The notes under the pieces: generated by a model
Told to the model about the DNA's origin: nothing
Seen by the model: only the letters and a program-made list of their open reading frames with translations
The model's database searches: none
NCBI RefSeq assembly: GCF_004010195.1
Contig: NC_057718.1
Location: 56,663,544-56,697,679 of the forward strand
Source: Chiloscyllium plagiosum
Taxonomy: Eukaryota
DNA: 34,136 nucleotides
Direction: 5' to 3'
Made by a program: the position numbers and the translations under genes
Shown here: piece by piece, positions 1 through 10,124 of the stretch
How the letters are laid out: each line of letters opens with the position of its first letter
How positions within the stretch are numbered: position 1 is the first letter of the stretch

Positions 1-136
1 GTTGAAGGTGTGTGTGTGGGTGTGTGTGTGGGTATGTGTGTGGGTGCATGTGTGTGGGTGTGGGTGTGTATGGAGGGTGTGTTGAAGGTGTCTGTGGGTG
101 TGTGTAGGGTGTGTTGAAGGTGTGTGTGTGGGTGTG
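1..136. repeat. Degenerate (GT)n/GGGT simple repeat, probably the 3' UTR of the adjacent Penelope element
   Basis: Directly visible; continues as a GT/GA-rich tract at 616-760 on the other side of a solo LTR. Confidence 0.8.
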
Positions 137-615
137 TGTGGTGAAGCGGTTAAAAATTATGTCCCGATACATGTGTGAATCTAACCGGAATGGAGGTGTT
201 GCTTAGTCCCGTGTGAATCTTATTATACACGTTCCCGTGTGAATCTTCTTATCTGTATGTAACCAGAATGGAATGTGTTTTTTAGCCTTGCTCTGCTGTT
301 CACATGAATGTTTATATCTGGAAAAGAGTATATCAGCCTGGAAAAGTCTCCAGTTCGGTGAGTCTGCTCCGGGGTTGCGTTTAACCGCCGAGCGTGGGTT
401 GTTGGCAACCGCTCTACGAGAACTGACGGCTCCCAGTTCCGGTAACACGTAGAGTGAGTATAAACCAGACCCGTTGTAAGTACGAGACCTGGTTGTGGCG
501 ACGCTGCGGGGAATAAAACACTTATATTCTAGCAGACTCGCCTCTTGGCTGTTTGTTCTGTGTCAGACTACTTTCCTGCGAGCCTGGTCCTTGACCTTGA
601 GAATTTTTTAAAACA
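137..615 (+). mobile_element. Solo LTR (probably ERV-derived), CpG-rich and so probably young
   Basis: TGT...ACA termini, TATAAA near 460, AATAAA at 512, short internal repeats (gtgtgaatct x3), flanks gtgtg/atgtg. Confidence 0.65.
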
Positions 616-759
616 ATGTGAGAGAGTGTTGCTTGTGTGTGAGAGTGTGATAAGGAATAAGCCTATGAGAGGGTGCATGTGTGGGTGAGAGAGAGTCTGC
701 GTGTGCGTGTGTGTATGTGTATGTGAGAGAGAGAGAGAGGGAGAGGGAGAGAGTATAGT

Positions 760-1380
760 GCAGTGGGTCACCTATAGTGTGATATGAGGCCACCCTCATG
801 TGTACTGAACTTGGCTATCAGCCTCTGCTCGGCCACTTTGCGTCATTGCCTGTCCCGAAGTCCACCTTGGAGGATGGTCATCTGTATGTCCGAGGCAGAA
901 TGTCCCTGACCGCTGAAGTGTTCCCCGAATGGGAGGGAACACCCTTGCCTTGTGATAGTTGCACGGTGTCCATTCATCTGTTGTCACAGTGTCTGCTTGG
1001 TCTCGACAATATACCAGGCCTTGGAGCATCCTTGCCTGCAGCGTATGAGATAGACAATGTTGGCCAAGTCACATGAGTACCTGCCACATACATGGTTCCC
1101 CACGTGTAATGGTGGTATCTATGTCAACACTCTGACACATCTTGCTGTGATTGACATGACAGGGTTGTAGTGTTGTGGTTGATGTTGTTCTGAAGGCTAG
1201 GCAGTTTGCTGCTAACAATGATCTGTTTAAGGTTTGGTGGTTGTTTAAAGGCGAGATGTGGAAGCATAGATAAGGTCTTGGCAAAGTGTTCATCCTCATC
1301 GATAATGTGTTGAAGGCTGCGAAGAATACGGTGAAGTTTTATAGCTCCTGGGAAGTACTGGACAACAAAGGGTACCCCAT
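760..1380 (-). mobile_element. Penelope-like retroelement fragment, GIY-YIG endonuclease domain (decayed)
   Basis: Minus translation across a frameshift: ...PCHVNHSKMC...YSCDLANIVYLIRCRQGCSKAWYIVETKQTL*QQMNGHR...EHF...RKVAEQRLIAKFSTHEGGL. Confidence 0.85.
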
Positions 1381-1562
1381 TCTAAAAGATTAAAGACTTA
1401 ATCTAGGTTTGTTCAACATATCATTTTAGCTGCATGACACTGTAAATCTTTTGCTATAAATTCTGTGTCTTATGATCCTGCTTCACAACCACCTGATAAA
1501 GAAGCAGGGCTTTAAAAGCTAGTGGCTCCAAATAAATGTGTTGGACTATAATCTGTTGTGCA
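1381..1562 (+). mobile_element. Inverted Penelope pseudo-LTR with a degenerate hammerhead motif (about 1490-1525)
   Basis: cac-CTGATAA-a-gaagc agg gcttt-AAAAGCTA-gtg, followed by aataaa...ttggactataa. Opposite orientation to the adjoining GIY-YIG fragment, typical of PLE 5' inversions. Confidence 0.6.
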
Positions 1563-2064
1563 CCTTAAAAAAGGGGCTCCATTCTAAATGAGCTCTCATC
1601 CACTAATTTGACTCACAGCTGATCAAATATTCAGATACATACATGCCTACAAACAATGTATTTAAACTGTTAGTCAATATATAGCTTTATAAATAAAACC
1701 ACTTATGGAAACTTCCTTGGATCTCTTCCCACTTCATCACTTAACTGAACTTCCAATGTGGTAGATGTAGATCTGATAAAACTCCCAGACTGTGTTTTTC
1801 TCCCCTCACCATGATTTAAGTTGCAGCATAAACAAATCAGATCTACTGAATAGGGGCTGTTAAGGCAATTGTGATAACTTTTTTCAACTGCTAGTTGTGC
1901 AGAAAAAATATCAGATAAGCTATAGTTTGAGAATTTTGGGTGAAGATGTGAAGATTGGTTTTCTCCAAAGAAGCTGTTTGAATGAAGAGTCAATGATATA
2001 TATTTATTTCAGGATTAGTTGTAACTGATTTGTTACATCCTGCCATGAATTCAATAGTACCCTG

Positions 2065-2703
2065 TGTTATGAAATAGGCCAGACCACTCAAAACATTCTT
2101 AAACAGGCAGCCCTAGACCTAACTTTGCAATTTGTTTTAGTAAGTGTTCAGTGAAAATTACCCAGAGTAAGATAGCTAGGTTGACTATTAAAACAGACAA
2201 AAATGTATTCACAAAATTACACAATGAAACATGAAGAACAGAATAAAGAACCCCTACTGAACTCAAGCTATCCAACTAGACTTAATTATGCTGTTCTGAA
2301 TATACACAACAGTCCCAATAAGCAAACTCCCTTTAAAACCCAGTATAAATGGAACACGTGCTTACATGTTGAAGTTGAAGGGCAGAAAAGAGAGAGTTTC
2401 CACACAGATCCCTGTTGAACTTCCCAGTTCAAGACTGAACTAAAATTGCTCAGCTCAGCTAGCTAAAGAGCTGACCACTCCACTCTCTTTATACAGGTCA
2501 CTTAAAAAGCATGACCACTTTGGCCTGAAGTCTCATCTGTTTACATATAAACAAAATGCCTCTCAAAATCCTTTTCATCTCTGTACCAAACCAGACTGAT
2601 CAGAGTCCGGCCCGGTTTATTGTCCCTCTGAAAAAAATCAAGGACAGAGTCTCCTTCAGTCAAGGAACAGCTTTCAGAAACAAAAGGGACTAGTTTTGTG
2701 ACA
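2065..2703 (-). mobile_element. Solo LTR (Gypsy/ERV-like)
   Basis: Imperfect terminal inverted repeats tgttatgaaa...ttttgtgaca; flanks cctg/ccta; internal motifs shared with 21256-21967. Confidence 0.65.
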
Positions 2704-2869
2704 CCTACTACATTTGCAAACTTCAAGGTTTGAAAATAAAATCAAAAAAATTAATGATGAGTTTTGCTATAATTAAGAATTATACAGACATTTCAGCAGC
2801 AAACTACAGAAAACATACTTGGAAAAGGATGCAGGATACATGGATTCAGCAATTATAAAAACTAGGTAT

Positions 2870-3210
2870 ATTAGATAAACTTGCATAGTGTTCTGTATAG
2901 TTTTGACAACTGAAGGGTGATCCAACTAAGTTGTTTAAAATGAGCAAGGAATTTCTTAGATTAGTTAAAGATAAATTAATTCTTTTCGGGACGAAATCCT
3001 GAGGAAGTAGGCACAACTTTGAAATTAGATCCAGGTCATTCAGGAATGAAATCAGGGAATGTTTTTCACTTAAAATATGCAGTTGGAAACCCAGAGGTCT
3101 CTCTCCAGATAGGCCGTGGATAGAAGGTCAAGTGAAATTTTCAAGATGGAGATCAACAGGTAAACATATCAGAGGACTTGGAACAAAGTGAGTAAATGGA
3201 GTTGTGTACA
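2870..3210 (+). mobile_element. Old CR1 LINE 3' fragment
   Basis: Decayed CR1 ORF2 C-terminal motifs (ctgaagggtgat..., tgtttttcactt..., ttcaagatggagatc), similar to better-preserved copies at 24405 and 25680. Confidence 0.55.
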
Positions 3211-3380
3211 GCAAACAAAAGAAAATGAGAAAGTTAGCCACAAACAGAACTTTGAGGGAAAGGGAGAAAACATTAGCTGGCTCCATCTCAATATACCAGT
3301 TAACAGACTATAAATGAGAAACAATTGATCAAGAAAAACTATAACTGGTGTAGACTAAATTATTTTTCTGTGCAACTGAC

Positions 3381-3658
3381 CTCTGGGCATTGGTTTATGT
3401 TGCTTTCCTCTAGAAATTGTTGCAAGGTAACTACTTCGCTTCCAGGCGATGTAGCTTTATTTCTTTGCTGAGAATGAGCTTGGGTTTCATCACTTCTAGG
3501 TTCTTCATTTTGGAGGGATGAGTTGACTTTTTCCAAGTTTTGTACATGTTGATTATATTGAAGGCTGCTGTTCAACAATACCTGATCATCATAAACTGGA
3601 CCATATTCTCCACTGCTGTGGCTTTGGGATCTACTGTGGCTGCCATTAACTGCACCTG
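3381..3658 (-). CDS. CCDC88A: Girdin/GIV C-terminal coding exon containing the G-alpha binding and activating (GBA) motif
   Basis: Minus strand: tttaaAG acceptor (3659-3660), 278 nt, phase 1 to 0, GTCAGT donor at 3380. Translates (A)GAVNGSHSRSQSHSSGEY...KATSPGSEVVTLQQFLEESNINQCPE, matching recalled human Girdin AGAVNNQSRPQSHSSGEF...SPGSEVVTLQQFLEESNK. Confidence 0.95.
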
Positions 3659-3799
3659 CTTTAAAGCAAAAAACATTACCACATAAAACCTAATCTCATC
3701 TCCCAGATTGGCAATGAAATACTGAGAAAAACACCTTGCATATCTATATAAATAGAATGAAAAAAAAGTTAAATCATTGCAGATTAGAGCACTTAATAT

Positions 3800-4216
3800 T
3801 GTAATGGAACATTAACAAATTTTACATTTACTGTGAAATTTGAAAGGGAATGCTTTTCTAAAATTTAATGCTGTGCTGAGCTTTGTAAACAATACTTTGA
3901 TGAGGTTTGCAGCCAGCTTGTCTCTGTTTGAACTTTGTAAACATTCAACTTGACCTTGCGACAGTCGAATGCAGCAAAAGCTGAAGAACTGTTATGTCCA
4001 AGATCAGGGATGAAAGAATAACAACTTCAGTTTTCCCAGTCTTTGCCCTTGACAGCGTGATAAGAAACAGTATAAGACAAGTGTCTGAATTATGCTCAAG
4101 TACCCCTTGCATAAGGCATTTTGTCAAGTGTAGAGGGTCGCTTTGCAAAGGCCTGTAATAAAACTTTTCTTTGCTCTTGCTAGCATTTGAGTCGAGTCAA
4201 TTTAATTTCCACGACA
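3800..4216 (+). repeat. ERV 5' LTR (417 bp)
   Basis: tgtaatgg...ccacgaca; TATAAG at 4071, AATAAA at 4157-4162. About 17 substitutions and 1 indel vs the 3' LTR by manual alignment. Confidence 0.95.
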
Positions 4217-4223
4217 GTAGACT

Positions 4224-4241
4224 TCGGGGCTCATCCGGGAT
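4224..4241 (+). promoter_or_regulatory. Primer-binding site, tRNA-Pro
   Basis: tcggggctcatccgggat matches 16/18 of the canonical tRNA-Pro PBS TGGGGGCTCGTCCGGGAT. Confidence 0.85.
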
Positions 4242-4752
4242 CCCGCGACTGGGTGAGATTCTGAGGATTCCCAGAAGGCGCAGGTGCCAGCGCCTTGAAG
4301 GTCTTTCACTTCATCTTGAGCGCTGAATTGGCCCCTTTGCATGAGAGGACTGGGAATCTGGATCGCCCTAGCGCCGGGGTTCGAATCGAATAAGGTCGGG
4401 GTAAGCAATCCTACATAGAGACTCATTTTAAGGGAATAAATGAATCAGGAAAAGGGTTCAGTAACTCTCGCGCGGTATTCAAGCAAAACTCAAGGGAAAG
4501 GATTGCCGTCTCTAGATTGTTTGAGATACAGCAAGTTTAAGGGTGGTTTTAGACTTAGAACCACCACTGGCTGAGTTGGGCTCGCCAAAGACGTACTGGG
4601 TACGTGGTTTCTTGGTTTACGAAAACCAAGACATTGAGGCGGACACGCCCAATGCGAGAAGGAACCTCCGGAGGTAAAAAGCAAGTCAAAGGGAAAAAGA
4701 TAACGGTACAGCGAGAGAGAGGGAGCTGAACACTTTTCCAGTAACACTGAAA

Positions 4753-6269
4753 ATGGGCTCCAGCAAGAACAAACAAAAAGAGGGTCTACAGAGGAATTGG
4801 AATGGCCAACCAAAAATACAGTACATGTTAAATAATTATGGCCCAGAGTCTGTAAAGCAGTTAGAATTGTGGATCAAGGAATGTGGTTTTCCGGAGGGGG
4901 ATGTTTTAGTAAAAGGCAGTTGGAAGTATTGAGATCGAAGTTGGAGGGGAGAGAGAGGAGAAACGGAAGGGAAAAAAAGAACCTGTGAATTGGAGTGCTT
5001 ATAGCATGTGGAAGGCTGAGGCTGATATCAGGGAAAGGAAATCTCAAGTAAAGGATAGATCAAATACACGTACAAACACTAGTGCACACACAGACACACG
5101 CGGAAAACAACCTAACGAAGCTGTACAGTGTCTCTAGTCTGTTCCAGATCCTGACCTTGATGACTGCTCTTCGAGATCCGCAGCCCCCTCTACGAGATCC
5201 GCCTGGCGAAGGTTCCAAGTCAGCTCAGGGTTGCTGGATCACTGATAGCAAATCGTACCCACAGCCAACTGAAGCAAGAAGCCCAAAATGACAACGGCCA
5301 CTCCGAGACGGAAAGGCATCCAGGGCCTGCTTGTGGTCTCCCCATGATGGATAATGAGTCAGACGGTGAGGGGTTTGGCTACGATCATCTTACCAGGTAG
5401 TTCTCCAAGCACCAATGGTTGAAGTTGCAGGCCCAGAAAGGTGCCCAGTGCTGGTCCATGGACCATGAAGGATTTGGAAAGTGCTTATGGGCAGTTGCCT
5501 GACCTTCACGAGGTTGGAGGTAATTAGTTCGCCGAAGAAGTGACAAAGTTCTGTACTGAGTTCCATCCCACGTCGCATTAGATGAGACGTCACCTGGGAC
5601 GAAAACTGGGCGCCATGTCACCAAAATAAAGTATAGATAGCCAGCCGTAAATGTCCATACCAAATCAACTGACCCGCAAGCAGAAGAGAACAGAGACTTT
5701 AATGCTTTTGTTGCAGCGCTGGCAACCGCCTGTAGGGAGGCATTCCCAGTGCGAATAGGCATGACCAAAATTGCAATTTGTAAACAACAAGGTGAGACAG
5801 TGTCCCAGTACCTTACGCGCCTCACTGAAGTCCATAACACTCAGTGTACTGAGACCACCCAACGACATAACGGTGGCATAGATCACAGCGTATGAAGCAC
5901 ACCCGAGGAACAGCTTCATCAATGGAATGAAGGACGAAATAGCGAAGAAGGTAAAGGACACATGTATTACCTGGGACACGAGAAAGCTGAATTTTTTAGA
6001 ACAGCATGCGATATTTGCCGAAAAATTGCTGACCCAAGAGAAGGGTAATGGAAACTAAAGATGGAACAGCAAGCACATAAAGCTCAGCTTACTCTGATGC
6101 AGATGGTCAGCCGTTGGAGGGAGGTGCTGCGGAAAAAAAAAGAGGAAGAGGCGCTGGCAGAGGTAGATCTGGCGGGTGCTGTGTTTGTGCAGCAATGGAC
6201 CACTGGGCGAGACAGTGCCCACATAGACAGTCTCAATTGGCTCTGGAGGCTGGACAGCAGGGTGACTGA
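4753..6269 (+). pseudogene. gag: ERV gag (frameshifted)
   Basis: MGSSKNK...YMLNNYGPESVKQLELWIKECGFPEG (matrix, myristoylation MG); QAPMVEVAGP (capsid start); CKQQGETVSQYLTRLTEV (major homology region); single zinc knuckle CCVCAAMDHWARQC; TGA at 6267-6269. Confidence 0.9.
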
Positions 6270-8870
6270 CAGGGGAAGGCTGAGGTGGAGGTGGGCAGCC
6301 CACAAGGTACAGGTAAGACTCTTTCCTTTATGCTTGGTAACGAAGACTCACTTTTGCTAATCTCTTCTACTAACCTTACAGGCACTGAGACATGTCCAAC
6401 CTCTACATTGAACGCTGAGATTGCGGTGTGGACAAATCTCCAATATAACAACGATGCATATAAGTCGATGCCTACTTCAATGTTATATGTGGAAGGGGCA
6501 ACATATTCAGTCCTTAAATCAAGCCAGTTCAGAGAGTCAACGCCAATAAAGATAAGTGGAAGGTTCCTGAACTCAATGGGTACATCAGGAGTCGTGCTAT
6601 GAGAGAGATTTACTGCGTCCTTGCAGAGCACAATACCTGTTAAAATCTGAGGCTATAGAAGGAATTACTCCAGTCTTTGAATCCCTCCTAAAGCTGGAGT
6701 GATAATCCCCTGTGAGAACTCCCATTTTTCCGGTCAAAAAAGCAAACATTCCAGGTGAACCGGAAGAATGGAGGTTTGTTCAAGACCTGCAGGCAGTCAA
6801 TAGCGTTGTTGTCCCATGCGCCCCAAATATTCCTAACCCCTATACTATATTAGCTCAAATTCCACCGGACAGTAAATGGTTCTCTGTTGTGGAATTAGCA
6901 AAAGCCTTCTTTAGTGTACCGGTACAGCCAGATAGTCAATTCTGGTTCGCTTTTTCATTCAAAGGGAAATCATTTACCTTCACGCTATTTTGTCAAGGTT
7001 ACCATTAGTCTCCCACCATATATAATGAGGCTCTACGCAGGAGTCTGGAAACTCTTGATTTAACCTCGGGATCAGCGCTTCTGCAGTATCCTTACTGCTT
7101 CCCGAACAAAAGACAGCACAAGTTGGCAGCATGTTGGCTGAGATACAATACTGTGTTATTGGAAATGCCTAACATTACAATAAAGCGATGTAATGTCCTT
7201 AACCCTGCTAGCCTTCTCCCCACAGAAGGAGAGGGAGACCCACATGATTGTATCGCTGTAACTAATGGAATTTGGAGCCCCGGACCGATTTGCAGGATTC
7301 ACCACTTCAGAATCCGGATATGGAGCTTTTCATGGATGGGTCAGCATTTAGGAGTAAGGAGACAGGCCAGAACTGTGTCGAATATGCTGTACTGACTACC
7401 CCTGAGGTAGTCAAAGCGGGATCACTCCCTTCTCATCTGTCAGTGCAAGCAGCAGAGCTGATTGCCTTGACTGAGGCATGTAAATTGGCTAAGGGAAAGA
7501 CAGTGAATATTTACACCGATAGCAGATATGCATTTGGGGTTGTACATGATTTTGGAACCCTGTGGAAACACAGAGGCTTCTTAACCTCCACTGGAAAGCC
7601 CATCACACACCGTGGCCTGATCTCTGACCTCCTGAAAGCAGTCCTATTGCCCAAATCAATTTCTGTGTGTAAATGTGAAGCCCACACAAAAAATAATGAT
7701 TCTAATACAAGGGCAGATTCAGCAGCAAGAACGGCAGCCCAGCAGCCGCCAAGTGATCACATTGACATGTGTATGACAAAAATTTGTACCCCAACAACAG
7801 ACGTACGTGAGTTACAGTCACAGGCCACGCCGGAAGAAAAGCGTGAGTGGACGAAAGCATGATGCAGTGCGAGGGAAGGAGTATGGTGTGGCCCCAATGA
7901 TAAACCCTGTCTACCGCAATCATTATTTCCATTCTATGCCAAACTGTCACACGGTAAGGACCATGTGTCAAAAGGGGGATGTATGACAGTATTTCAGCGC
8001 ACTGGTACACTAAGGGATTTACTCATTACTCCTAGAAATATTGTGAACGTTGTGTTATCTGTGCCACTAATAATGTGGGGAGGGGAATACAGATGAGTCA
8101 GGCAGCACACCCCAACCCCAAAGACCCTTTGAACATTTACAGATGGATTTTATTGAACTAACACCCAGCGAAGGGAAAAGGTATTGTCTGGTAATAGTTG
8201 ATATGTTTTCCAAATGAGTGAAACGTTCCCCACATCTAAACAGGATGCCAGTGCAGTAGCCAAGGCTCTGCTAACTGAAATAATCCCAAATGGGGCATCC
8301 CTGAAAGGCTCAGTGGCGACAATGGGACACCATTCGTCAATAATGCCCTACAACAGATCAGTGATTATTTGGGTATAAACAAGAGACAACATTGAGCCTA
8401 CCAACGAGCGAGGGGTGGGGCAGTGGAAAGAGAAAATTGCTACCCTAAAAAAATTTTAAATTGACAAAATGTTGTGAGGAACTAGGGGTGGCATGGACAA
8501 AGGAACTTCCAATTGTGCTGATGTATATGAGATCCAGGAAGAGATAAAGAGCTAATCTTAACCTGTTGGAGATTTTGTTCAGTAGGGCGCCCAACACAGG
8601 AATTGGCCCAAGACCTAAGGTAAGACAGATAACAGGCCACTGTGAAGATGAGATGTAGTGTTTCTGTATAAAACTCTCTACACTTTTATCTCAAATACAG
8701 AATCAAGTGAAAACAGCACTACCTCAACCAGCAGAAGGGAAGCTGCATGATCTAGAACCTGGAGACTGGATAGTGGTGAAAGACTTCAGGAGGAAAAACT
8801 GGAAGGTGAAGAGGTGGCTGGGACCATTTCAAGTGCTCCTTACAACAAAGACAGCTGTTAAGATCGCCAT
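6270..8870 (+). pseudogene. pol: ERV pro-pol (protease, RT, RNase H, integrase) with internal deletions and stops
   Basis: GATYSVL (PR); RTPIFPVKK..WRFVQDLQAVN..ELAKAFFSVP (RT); DGSA..QAAELIALTEAC..IYTDSRYAFGVVH (RNase H); H..H..CERCVIC, PFEHLQMDFIEL, GDNGTPF, WLGPFQVLLTT (IN). Confidence 0.93.
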
Positions 8871-8946
8871 TTTTAGTTATCTGGCTCTGTATTATTTTTA
8901 AATCTGGCTTTTTTTTTGGTTGTTGTCCTTGTTGTCATAAAATGAC

Positions 8947-8960
8947 AAAAAGGAGGAAAA
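8947..8960 (+). promoter_or_regulatory. Polypurine tract
   Basis: aaaaaggaggaaaa immediately 5' of the 3' LTR. Confidence 0.85.
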
Positions 8961-9378
8961 TGTAATGGAACATTAACAAATTTTACATTTACTGTGAAAT
9001 TTGAAAGAGAGTGCTTTTCTAAAATTTAATGCAGTGCTGAGCTTTGTAAACAATACTTTGATGAGGTTTGCAGCCAGCTTGTCTCTGTTTGAACTTTGTA
9101 AACATTCAACTTGACCTTGTGACAGTTTAATTCAGCGAAAGCTGAAGAACTGTTATGTCCAAGATCAGGGGATGAGAGAATAACAACTTCAGTTTTCCCA
9201 GTCTTTGCCCTTGACAGCATGATAAGAAACAGTATAAGACGAGTATCTGAATTATGCTCAAGTACCCCTTGCATAAGGCATTTTGTCAAGTGCAGAGGGT
9301 GGCTTTGCAAAGGCCTGTAATAAAATTTTTCTTTGCTCTTGCTAGCATTTGAGTCGAGTCGATTTAATTCCCACGACA
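8961..9378 (+). repeat. ERV 3' LTR (418 bp)
   Basis: Direct repeat of 3800-4216. Confidence 0.95.
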
Positions 9379-9744
9379 GATATCATGTCTAAATGTGCAA
9401 ATCAGATTTAAATATTTATATGAAGCCAGGCAGAGATAGTGGAAGCTACAATTTACCAATAAATCGTGCCTAATATGGTAACAACATGGGATTACTTTTG
9501 CATTTTTATTTTCTTGTAAAATGCAGATATTCTTGTTGGTCTCAGTTTAATACTGAATGCAATAGAAAATGAGGCAATTATATTACCGCCTGACCTAGTA
9601 ATTTTAAAAACTCTACAAACAAGTAATAGTGCAAACATAAAACAGGTACTAAATCTAGCAGAATAAATAATATTTTCTCTCCAAACTTTTCTGTAGGTAA
9701 ACTTTCTGAATCATCTAAGAATACTCATCCCAGGAAGCACTCAC

Positions 9745-9762
9745 TGCAGTGCAGCACGCAGC
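9745..9762 (-). CDS. Candidate 18-nt alternative microexon of CCDC88A (adds GCVLHC)
   Basis: Long U-tract acceptor (ttttttttatttttcattcAG), 18 nt, consensus GTGAGT donor. Frame-preserving with no stop in phase 1; upstream intron is 82 nt. Confidence 0.5.
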
Positions 9763-9844
9763 CTGAATGAAAAATAAAAAAAATGAGAATAATAACAGTA
9801 TAAAAGTGGAAATGATTAAAAAAAGGTGGTCAGACAAGGCATAC

Positions 9845-9925
9845 CTTTTACAGCATGAGCTGAAAGATTATTATTGTTATTGCTACTGAATGTCCTGCGA
9901 CTATCAAGGCTGGCTAGTCTGGAAA
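9845..9925 (-). CDS. CCDC88A: Girdin coding exon (81 nt, phase 1-1)
   Basis: catttAG acceptor and GTATGC donor. Translates VSRLASLDSRRTFSSNNNNNLSAHAVK vs recalled human ASRPASLDSGRTSTSNSNNNASLHEVK. In frame with both neighbouring exons. Confidence 0.92.
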
Positions 9926-10067
9926 CTAAATGGAAATTGGGAAACAGCATGAGATAAAAATGAGCGGAGGACACTTTACCTTTGATCACTGAACCAGCTA
10001 AGGCAGGGATGCATTCAGTGTACCACAGGCTGAGCATGCTCATGGTTAGAAAAGAGCTGTGTCTTAC

Positions 10068-10124
10068 AGATCAGAAAGCCAAGAATTTTCGAGGCAGTCC
10101 AACTGGACACGTTGGAACACAGCA
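10068..10124 (-). CDS. Candidate 57-nt cassette exon of CCDC88A (VLCSNVSSWTASKILGFLI)
   Basis: Pyrimidine-rich acceptor tttatctgcttttcctatAG, 57 nt, GTAAGA donor. Open in phase 1; 142-nt intron to the 81-nt exon. Confidence 0.35.

Larger units (their letters stand above)
3800..9378 (+). mobile_element. Endogenous retrovirus (class I, epsilon-like), env-less provirus with both LTRs, 5579 bp
   Basis: Direct repeats 3800-4216 and 8961-9378 with TG...CA ends; tRNA-Pro PBS; PPT; decayed gag, pro, RT, RNase H and IN in retroviral order; flanks aatat/gatat. Confidence 0.95.

Noticed and set aside
1..136. Repeated gtgttgaaggtgt units as a CRISPR-like array
   Set aside because: Low-complexity GT spacers in eukaryotic DNA; this is a degenerate microsatellite.
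1703..1993. 96-aa minus-strand ORF as the next Girdin exon
   Set aside because: No similarity to the expected downstream Girdin sequence (SSSQENLLDE...NPYATLPR), and stops lie immediately upstream in frame. The true exon probably lies left of the window.
8870..8946. ERV env gene
   Set aside because: Only about 75 nt lie between the truncated integrase and the PPT; no SU/TM motifs.
9980..10029. AG...GTAAAG-bounded 50-nt segment as an exon
   Set aside because: It would shift the frame and leave only a 54-nt intron to the 81-nt exon.
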